Source: a virus
Taxonomy: Duplodnaviria; Caudoviricetes
Length of the DNA stretch: 29,102 nt
Virus record (IMG/VR): IMGVR_UViG_3300037634_005939
Span: 1 to 29,102 of that record
Direction: 5' to 3' (one strand)
Part shown: in pieces, positions 19,801-24,951 of the stretch
How positions within the stretch are numbered: position 1 is the stretch's first letter
Layout of the letters: each line of letters opens with the position of its first letter
The notes under the pieces: model-generated
The model's database searches: none
Told to the model about the DNA's origin: nothing
The model's input: the letters and a program-made list of their open reading frames with translations, nothing else
Translations under genes and position numbers: made by a program

Positions 19801-21114
19801 ATCTTTTATGGATGCAGTGGTGGTTGTCGAGCCACCAAATGTCATATCCCAGACATTTGATCCAGATGCGAGATGAACTTTAAAAGGATTCTCTGAGTTT
19901 TCGCTTCCAGACAAGGTGATCAGCAGTCGTCCATATCCAACGCTGGATGTGGCGGCGCCGTTCCAGAGATCAAAGATTACTTCGTCGGCCGCGCTGGCTG
20001 GTTTCACAAAAGTGCCGGCGTGGAGCGTGGAAAAGCTGTAAGCTAACAGGTGGGGTCCGCTGGAAACAGTTTCGGTTATCGTAGTGTTTCCGGCGGTACC
20101 CGCAATTGCCTGCACAAGGTAAACATTGTTTCCTTGCGTTGTGGCTGTTATCTTGCCGTCATGACCGTTTTCGTGATTGATTGCGGCAGCGATCTGAGTT
20201 GCTATAGTGGAGTTAGAAGAAAGGCCTTGAATCTGTATACGAATTTCTGAGCCATCCAGGGTGCCCGTGGCGCCGGCGCCGGCGGCGTCAAAAAGGTATA
20301 CTTCTGATGTTCCATCAGTAGAGGTAAGAGTAATCTTGGCGGCGTCTAGATCGGCAGGAGTGGCGGTGCCAACGACGATGCTACCGCGAGCGTGAGATGT
20401 GGTAAACTCCCCCTTATTTAGCCAGAATTCTGTGGTTACGCCTTTCGCCAGATCAAACTTAAGGTTCGATTCTCGACTACCAACCCTATCGAGAGAATCG
20501 ACCTCTGCTGTGCTGTAGATGTCAGAATCATAGATATTAGCGTTAGGACTGGTTCTGTAAGTTGGATCCCCAAATGACTTGCGTAAATCATCATCAGTGA
20601 TACCACCAGAAGATGTGTGTGGCCCGCCAACGATTTTAATATACTCTATGCTGTCAGACAAGCCATAGCCGCCCATGCCAACATGATATTCTATGTCGGA
20701 CAAGCCATAGCTACTTGTCAGGGCACTTCCAGAGTTAGAAAATGTTCCCCATCCATCTGCGGAGAGATTAATATAACCTGTGGTACGGGGGTATCGATTT
20801 TCGAAAATGTAAAGATCAACATAGTTAGACTCATTCATGAACTTCTGAATCTCTCGTGCAGTTCCGTCATAAGGATATTGATTGTAGATCCTAGTTATGG
20901 CATCTTCATAGTAAGCCTCGGCAGATCCATAGCGAGCGAAGTTGCTTGGGTCACTAAAGTCAACATGAGGAATGAAGCGCTCAATTCTTTTGCGCTGCTC
21001 CCAAACATTATCATCAGACTCTAGCTCAGGGTAATTCCTAACTACCTCTTCTTCGAGGCTGGTTTTGGTGATTACTCCGGTCTTATTTTTATCAAATAGA
21101 TCTTTTATTCCCAT
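10843..21114 (-). CDS. Giant baseplate wedge protein (T4 gp7/P2 gpI-like core) with two LamG/concanavalin-A-like domains, 3423 aa
   Basis: Has IYNNLIFMYKSKGTEKSLRNLVRCYG (YKSKGT at 18808-18825) preceded by a MPAWI...YFDTL helical segment. LamG hallmarks are EFW, WNHVAFT, FYLNG, GSLDEFRYW and YYKFNEG (~19361-20442), with a more diverged second copy at ~17945-18555. It lies two genes downstream of gp6-like. Confidence 0.68.
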   Translation of the reverse strand: MGIKDLFDKNKTGVITKTSLEEEVVRNYPELESDDNVWEQRKRIERFIPHVDFSDPSNFARYGSAEAYYEDAITRIYNQYPYDGTAREIQKFMNESNYVDLYIFENRYPRTTGYINLSADGWGTFSNSGSALTSSYGLSDIEYHVGMGGYGLSDSIEYIKIVGGPHTSSGGITDDDLRKSFGDPTYRTSPNANIYDSDIYSTAEVDSLDRVGSRESNLKFDLAKGVTTEFWLNKGEFTTSHARGSIVVGTATPADLDAAKITLTSTDGTSEVYLFDAAGAGATGTLDGSEIRIQIQGLSSNSTIATQIAAAINHENGHDGKITATTQGNNVYLVQAIAGTAGNTTITETVSSGPHLLAYSFSTLHAGTFVKPASAADEVIFDLWNGAATSSVGYGRLLITLSGSENSENPFKVHLASGSNVWDMTFGGSTTTTASIKDTWNHVAFTFYSSSVNSQLESEFYLNGNLLETQTSSSADYEFGEVTGSLIAYIGALQTAPSGNSFDFPHTMAGYGKLSGSLDEFRYWKTKKTERDVKRNWWTQVRGGTNTEIANTELGVYYKFNEGIAGTSSIDANVLDYSGRISNGVWKGYPSSNARSTGSAIDSSTTTVSGTLEFKDPIIYSSHPDVETLFDTFTKSGSAHDDWNVSSILDSMPAWIVEEDEASGGSHLKKLSQIIGSYFDTLHLQIENLPKIQDIGYPSSSYKPVPFSERLLSSQGLYAPETFVEASILEKFANRRDDRSYSLDINDVKNQVYQNIYNNLIFMYKSKGTEKSLRNLVRCYGVDDEVIKLNAYGNNSTFKFDNTHYDTTVRKKYIDFNHPDRFDGTVYQNTSSDSNTTVNGAITYISGTNVNFANTAEVEAIFPNKMKFSNANYFITPFTTSSIFGCHTACDLPYDFNWIGRTTSSLSDYGFQIYAVKTKEESNNVWFALSSSAAPYPGIYLTSSVFSNVYDNQKWNFAVRFKDGKYPYAAGVTGSDDSNNVVLEFTGYNVDSGVIRDQFYLSTSGLSDRYLDQPRRYFVGADRTNFTGSISRYSDIKASSVRHWAHYLDEDALIAHAKDPDNIGVLHANKSVTFSANSDGVSIDNMDVPEAAALAMHWDFSQVTSSGPAGEFEVEDAASGSVQLQGRYSNDGNFSHTVANMHAGKGYFPSDLSSGKVVDKNYVPAAKQRLPEVINSNDAVNVLTQDDDLFPSDPAVSQTFFAFEKSMYGVISQEMINTFATVLEFNNLVGEMTNKYREGYKDFDRLRLLFFEKIQNDPDLDKFIDYYKWIDNSLSVMIQQLVPASADVADEIRTVVESHIFERNKYRHKVPLLDYKGNARWGGDDLVLRARAKGIGELSYDWKRGHPRVEDMPTNATASITITDASLLLGGDTITLVQFNDGFKNGNSFIIASNASTTTTNDSAVNRTFDVVGADEDLTAEQLRICLDAFPTLTATRSGATVLITALNTHRGFGGWYRTLNVTDQGMTTTPWAGEGNSRPKKQGNNALWWKERAEKNEHYFNIDLNNPDRELDNGFTLSTARQSLHEIIRSFNSASYDTKFSSSAGTAYHGSTYALRQLSSPVRMSTDLGGSDQVIRSGYNFPRKQKPQLIANELVPGSVADLKISTGDFRDIHVSESGPPIIQVRRKYENNMAPLTPDQTASANLYSPVAQYSSSATTGYLSDTSNVQLVGHHVDAYGEAYEVPMQGPFSQHHVGGYQHRHADLTVQAELTGAHVRPEAWEIHGGNTFTTRSTLDQHPPAYAHYHRDGLAKRPMNVKNIMSSTGSSVLGNYYKTHEVVQTVGRSANNSSFVKNEGFTTSSLASPFFPDILEHVKPVRSRVGHVIVNRFSAPGGPETAGDANGGPFLDLESAEYSPYNNMNFRNLSVRQPLQSLLTEHNNQFGYRSGSSEIAAIYKVNRNPLKRLVYSGSESAFGVDHSGSVTTASAYDNFYVQHMIPRSDRQYSWITASVVESATNVYGYLPSDGLISSSNGMVSAISFLSASEFGAAYDGTYKYAPYHFTDFKNYFIPVDFAGMNTIIVEPISASDFTLGCPTSGDQVSYPDHAAYFNFADLGRDPPPLKLGAVNQESFIAVIHDTAAARRIENLNAIIHHRQGPYGYPTWKQIRVGQGALARYYRKNNLYTNTPHGGVERNVEVNGGTRTVKDRRGTTLLVSQSVLTTKYRPIKQELLVVTGEAREKGGLVVKPVMVQSSYANNIVFFDRPSFTNNLGIEIKKGFSAYDQIKKLYLDGGIEDPSSPVVGINRVLYSEIVWPSHRYAHTRKVRGRTDFRNNFWRTSRTDRTTDISKENRPESKTALGLLISQSVWHLDAQENFTTLTGISEIDGGTGSANATGHRAGQLQNEYVHYHAGTASMAYGGVLYARKQIYPATRSVCPDWGIDIPETASGGSIAFKEVMPLQSLFRGEALWEANNHAGKYEGTSSIFSKNSADPFYDSYDKFFSDIKGKGKDYSIIPEFRISEHLEFYRNSGNDFLAENEKFLTIPQTTTGSDVPQNSAEPDFFRVFTNSDFMKYFEVIRKDHKDIIQPHSLTLQCKAIKKFVPYDGFYPAQRTVEIAKQFMDSYGDYVTYVTGNDSGLDDFDKYSRNFMKPMFAPGILYNTIKAGLAVDYPILENHEFSKKPTLSFGALNSDLKRVAMSASYAIFSNSKAASMNNGKHTAGWDKRLPFETLIHPERYLANTKITDDEPSKLTRVDATVRWSGQGNRVYRNMMHNFLAESVNFFLKGGKTTRITSRPEREFKPVTPGSIYGMRIKLWRSMDKGKLPSGSWGNFELPQNTREVLTEAYQSNFWTGETVGGTVIETPKETFTMYSRPSAFGPPLGLIEAAAGETSAAGDGHGGFSGSMHEFDPRNGVYCSHTPPYYDGEAWIDLIYFPRGLEITGGIAEDGGGCGTYDYFQFSKSRSDPKPFRPTLSEIFAEPNAAVLESSASNVPLDGTYVRKWRYDREALLRDEVEVPGPAAELPYSSGSTYHTASGTNIGPASSTYVNEWAMQGDASLNIFDSIGEDEKSRWVIQTKFETPMLNFNKVTVASGTLTVTDTPAANSAIPRGMWHQFGRLPLEGEGVYMQVTDIPEDWLKNHPSASLKWSMGSEPAAQRKSPRMQDEATRAAYWNGYSIPIGSGSTDEPKAVTNPSVKSLVDICGFDTDPVRIGEIANRRRMHEAIVAVPFVLEEGERQFFTIPDPKSPTSAGLIGRSIGEQIERMGRYVIPPALDFITNPEVTPVAMYIFEFSHSFSKDDLSHMWQNLPPKLGTVAEESTSVATHDLLSNELLGDWVAAKRAMTTKNPAGDIARGEFPDKLRWMVFKVKQKAKVNYYEVLSGKEEEAAGVLTPDYTFNWPYDQCSVVELAQIEAEVEFGEKEISPTEARLTTQSDSPTRLATQRGASSVTAASGKGQAFKGQKGRGTTDDGLGDLGSTISILGDD

Positions 21115-21116
21115 TA

Positions 21117-22715
21117 TTAACTCTGCCTCGATTCGACCCTAAACTTAAATGTTTCTGGCTGTTCGACCCAAGATCCTACAGAGTTGTTGTAATAAGAAAG
21201 TTTTATTCCATACATGTAGCCGGGCTCTAACATCTCCATATCTAGATCAAAATAACTTCCGGAAACATCAAAAGACATTTGAGTATGAAGCGTTGTGCTG
21301 CCAGTCCCATATGGAACAATCTTCAAGTCATCAACAATCCTGTAAATCTCGTATGAGCCGCTCTCCACTATGTTGACTTCTGCTTGTGCAGTCGCCTTAG
21401 TGTAAATAGTAGGTACCCAATCTTTTTGGCGAGTGTAAACTCTAAATCGTGCTGTCTCGTTATCTCGATAAACAGACTTGAGGTTCGTGATGTTAGAAAC
21501 ATGCTCATTAGATGGCGCCACAACAGAGCCGGCTAGCTTCCTGGGGTTTATTGCGCCAGTGTGATAGACTATCGATGCCTCTGTTGCGTCGGCAACTGAA
21601 GTGGTACCATCAGCGTCGACGCCTCCGCTGAACCAAACATCGAAGACTTTCGTAAGTGGCGTAGCTGATGCAGTCATAGCAACACTGGCAGAATAAATGC
21701 CAGTCGACACATAGCTTCCAGTGACTGCTCTGGGCTGGGCCGTGGTGACATGTGTCTTGTCTTGTGCGAGCACAAGTGGTCCTCCGGTCAAGCCAGTGTT
21801 TCCGGCATTGCCAGAAAAGAAGCTAACATAGATTTTCCCAGTTCCAATATCAGGAATGTTACGAAGTTGGCCGCGGAAATAGTTATAAAAATAAATAGTG
21901 TTTAGGTTCTCCGCGGGTGTCGCAAGAGAACTGCTGTAATAAAAGTTTCCTCTATCGTCTTTTGTAGTAGAATTCCATCGGGCTTCAATGCATGGCTTTT
22001 TAAAGAAAAATTCTGTGTTTCTCCCAAAGAATTTCTTAGTGTAATATGATCTGTTCTCTCCTGAAAGTGTACGAGACACAAGAACTAAAAGACCATTATC
22101 GTTCATCAGGCCAGGATCAGGTATCTGTTGGTTCGAGTTAGCAGACGAGCTTACCCATTGTTCTACAATATCGGTAATATCGATATCAATGTCTTCCGCG
22201 CCAGTATCAAAGGATGCACTAACAGAAGAAGATACGCTGGAAAAATGATCTCCGCCAGCAGTGGTCCAAGCCGTTTCGCCGGCGGCAGATGAAGACAATC
22301 GGCTGGCCCAGTTCGAAGAACCCTTATCGCCATAAAGCTCCATGTCCAATCCATGTCCTTCTACCCAGTTATTCTTGACAGCAGAAATATCCATCGTGAA
22401 ATCTTTAGGAAGTGTCTGGCCATGTCTAGCATTGAATAGGCGTAGATAAAAATTTACGCTACCGGACACAGGGAGTATTCCGCTACTTCTGTCTGCCTTG
22501 ATAGAGTTAGCAGAAGCAGTAACATTAAATTTCAATAGTGCGCGAGCCTCTTCTCGCTGTATGCCGGCGCTTGAAGATGCCTGTCCGTAGATAGAGAACA
22601 CTTCCAAAATATCAGAGGCGCCCATGTTGGAGCCAGTGGCTCTCGTGACAAGGTTTTCCTCAAAAGCGTTTGCTATCGTATTGTCAGCCTTTGCAAAATA
22701 TCTTTTTACGCCCAT
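21117..22715 (-). CDS. DNRLRE/CBM96-like domain protein with a C-terminal Ig-like region, 532 aa; probable baseplate-associated protein
   Basis: The pattern DNTI..NMG...RALLKFNV...WVEG...NW...WTTAGGD...DITDIVEQW...NGLLV...P.IE is typical of DNRLRE domains. It is translationally coupled to both neighbours. Confidence 0.6.
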   Translation of the reverse strand: MGVKRYFAKADNTIANAFEENLVTRATGSNMGASDILEVFSIYGQASSSAGIQREEARALLKFNVTASANSIKADRSSGILPVSGSVNFYLRLFNARHGQTLPKDFTMDISAVKNNWVEGHGLDMELYGDKGSSNWASRLSSSAAGETAWTTAGGDHFSSVSSSVSASFDTGAEDIDIDITDIVEQWVSSSANSNQQIPDPGLMNDNGLLVLVSRTLSGENRSYYTKKFFGRNTEFFFKKPCIEARWNSTTKDDRGNFYYSSSLATPAENLNTIYFYNYFRGQLRNIPDIGTGKIYVSFFSGNAGNTGLTGGPLVLAQDKTHVTTAQPRAVTGSYVSTGIYSASVAMTASATPLTKVFDVWFSGGVDADGTTSVADATEASIVYHTGAINPRKLAGSVVAPSNEHVSNITNLKSVYRDNETARFRVYTRQKDWVPTIYTKATAQAEVNIVESGSYEIYRIVDDLKIVPYGTGSTTLHTQMSFDVSGSYFDLDMEMLEPGYMYGIKLSYYNNSVGSWVEQPETFKFRVESRQS

Positions 22716-24505
22716 TATCTAACGCTTCCTCTTATGTCGGTATTGGGGAATTTTATCTCCAGAGCCACATTGTCCGGAACTGAGATATATCTTCCGTCAT
22801 CTGAGGTCTGAGAGTTTATGTTAAATCCCGTATTAGAGTATCTTCCGCCGGCCTTTACAACCACCCTAACATCTGTAACATCGGCTACTCCCCTCACAGA
22901 ATTAAGGATAGAGTAAATCTTGGTAATAGAGAGTCTTTCTCCAATGAAAAAAGGCCTAACATATTTTTCTCTGAGGGTTCTGGATGCCGCTTCTAAAATA
23001 TCAAATCTATTGCTGCCCTCTGAGACTAATTCGAATTCGATTCCGACATTGACAATCTTGGCATCCAATATGTCAACCGTATCATTTATCATTCTGTAGC
23101 GATTAAGCCAAATTTTGAGATTATCTTTTAGCGCGCTATTGGCAGTCTCAAGCCGGCCGGTTGTGCTTTCGGCCAGTACATACATATTTAAATTTCTTTT
23201 CAGAGAATCTTGATCTCGTACCATGCGGCAACGCTTGATCGAGCCAAACTCCGATGGCATGGCATATGTAAACGCCTCATAGTCAGAAGCAGTAACCGCT
23301 CGATTCTGAGTCGGAAAATAGTTCAGTGTTCTCCTTCTTATTTCTTCAATATTCGGATTTCTTATTGAACCATTTATTGGCTCAACATTAAAACACTCTA
23401 GAGAGGAGATCACTTCAGAAGCTTTTGGGGTTGCTTCAATTGAAGGGTTAACAAATTCAACAAAAGACGACACCACCCTGGTAACCGTGCCGATGGCAGC
23501 GTTGGAACTGGCGCCTGTATTTTTTCGATAAGTAATTGTTAAGGTCGTGTCAGCCGGACCAATCCCCAATTTATCAGTACCCATCAAATCTGATGGATCA
23601 AAAGCCGTATCAGTGATGTAATCTTTCGCAAACCTCTGAAGCACAACATTAGAAGGTTCGGCCAATGTTGGTGCCGTAATTTCGGAATCTGATCCGTAGC
23701 CAAATTGAAGAGTTATAGAGCCTCTGGTTTTTTCAGTAGTAAACCTACGAGATGCCGAGTGGGCGCGCATCAGAGAAGGAGCGTTATCTCTTGTGTTTGA
23801 ATCTTTATTTGGAACAGACTTATAAACAACATCATGAGAAAGATATTCCACTTCATGATATTCATGTCCTTCGGAATCGAATACGCTAATTATCTCAACG
23901 ACATCAGATTCTTTTATTTCTATCTTCCTAAACTTTTCAAAAGGGCCCACTGTTACTTCTTCCCTTCCATAAACACCAGAAATAACTTTTCCCACCGATT
24001 TGACTGCGTAATGAGTCGGTATGCCGGTGGTTTGATTAACTCTTGCAACAACGACATAATTTGAAGGATGGTCAAACCTAACATCTTGCAAGAGAATAAA
24101 GCTGGCTCCGTCCATGGACCCAACAACTGAATTCTTTTTAAGTATTGGATAATAACTGGTGTCCGGGCCTAGACCTGCGTTGTTGGCCGGCAGGAGGGCA
24201 TAGACTTCGACAAAGCCGGTGGTAGATTCCCCTCCTTTAAACTTGTACCCTCTTTGCTTGGCTAATCGAAGTATGTTATCATATTCCGTAGCAGTATCAA
24301 GAAAAGATTCATTAACTTGATAATCTAGATAAAAAGATAAAATATCTCCGACATAAGAGACGGTATCGATTGCCAGAGACCCAAAAGAGGCCTGAGTAAA
24401 ATCTTTGAATGTGTCCGGATAATACCTTTGAGCGTAACTTATCAGATCGTCTCGTATTGTACTAAACTCTCTGCTTGTGTATTTTATTGGAACTTTCTTT
24501 GACAT
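22715..24505 (-). CDS. gp6: Baseplate wedge subunit, T4 gp6/baseplate-J-like, 596 aa (start revised from TTG 24559 to ATG 24505)
   Basis: N-terminal YTSREFSTIRDDL...DF..ASFG...SYVGDILSFYLD....ESFLDTA...NILRLAKQRGYK, the QNRAVTASDY motif and C-terminal VRGVADV. ATG 24505 has a GGAG RBS and the ACTATTTA motif upstream. Confidence 0.88.
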   Translation of the reverse strand: MSKKVPIKYTSREFSTIRDDLISYAQRYYPDTFKDFTQASFGSLAIDTVSYVGDILSFYLDYQVNESFLDTATEYDNILRLAKQRGYKFKGGESTTGFVEVYALLPANNAGLGPDTSYYPILKKNSVVGSMDGASFILLQDVRFDHPSNYVVVARVNQTTGIPTHYAVKSVGKVISGVYGREEVTVGPFEKFRKIEIKESDVVEIISVFDSEGHEYHEVEYLSHDVVYKSVPNKDSNTRDNAPSLMRAHSASRRFTTEKTRGSITLQFGYGSDSEITAPTLAEPSNVVLQRFAKDYITDTAFDPSDLMGTDKLGIGPADTTLTITYRKNTGASSNAAIGTVTRVVSSFVEFVNPSIEATPKASEVISSLECFNVEPINGSIRNPNIEEIRRRTLNYFPTQNRAVTASDYEAFTYAMPSEFGSIKRCRMVRDQDSLKRNLNMYVLAESTTGRLETANSALKDNLKIWLNRYRMINDTVDILDAKIVNVGIEFELVSEGSNRFDILEAASRTLREKYVRPFFIGERLSITKIYSILNSVRGVADVTDVRVVVKAGGRYSNTGFNINSQTSDDGRYISVPDNVALEIKFPNTDIRGSVR

Positions 24506-24529
24506 AATGGCTGGTCTCCGTCTTCTAAA

Positions 24530-24537
24530 TAAATAGT
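24530..24537 (-). promoter_or_regulatory. ACTATTTA motif, candidate phage late promoter
   Basis: Lies 24 nt upstream of ATG 24505, the same spacing as the copy at 9732. Confidence 0.6.
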
Positions 24538-24555
24538 TCTCAGTCTTTTTATCTC

Positions 24556-24933
24556 TCAAGCAGAAACAGGAATAGTCAGATCATTGGCGACGCCAGAGCC
24601 AGGCACCGTATAATTAATACTCAAAAACAGCGACCCTGCGTCTGGGTTCATGTCGATATCGATCTTCAATATGCTGATGAATGGAAGATATTTTCCAACT
24701 TGACTTCTAATCCTATTCTGTATATCGTCTTTGATGAATGGTGTTGCAGGCTCGAAAAGATAATTTCTTATTCCTACTCCAAAATTATTATCCATCACCC
24801 TTTCGCCGGGAGCAGTGAGGACGATCATCTTCATATGTTGTTTTGCCACCGAATCTATATCTTTGTGAAGCCCATATGGCCCACTTTCACTATCGACGAT
24901 TAGTGGTAAAATTATTGATAATCCTTCAGACAT
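24556..24933 (-). CDS. gp25: Baseplate wedge protein, T4 gp25/GPW_gp25 family, 125 aa
   Basis: KQHMKMIVLTAPGERVMDNNFGVGIRNYLFEP...IRSQVGKYLPFISI matches the gp25 signature (LT.PGER....FG.....LFEP). Size and position next to gp6-like also fit. Confidence 0.92.
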   Translation of the reverse strand: MSEGLSIILPLIVDSESGPYGLHKDIDSVAKQHMKMIVLTAPGERVMDNNFGVGIRNYLFEPATPFIKDDIQNRIRSQVGKYLPFISILKIDIDMNPDAGSLFLSINYTVPGSGVANDLTIPVSA

Positions 24934-24951
24934 TTATTTTATCCTTTTTAA

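Noticed and set aside
16687-20394. The two inserted modules as inteins
   Set aside because: They lack the N-terminal Cys/Ser block A, the C-terminal His-Asn and LAGLIDADG motifs. Their composition looks like a structural beta domain.
24506-24559. TTG start at 24559 for the gp6-like gene (614 aa in the track)
   Set aside because: The extension MRDKKTENYLFRRRRPAI covers the ACTATTTA motif and the RBS. ATG 24505 has a proper RBS, and the gp6-like sequence begins there.
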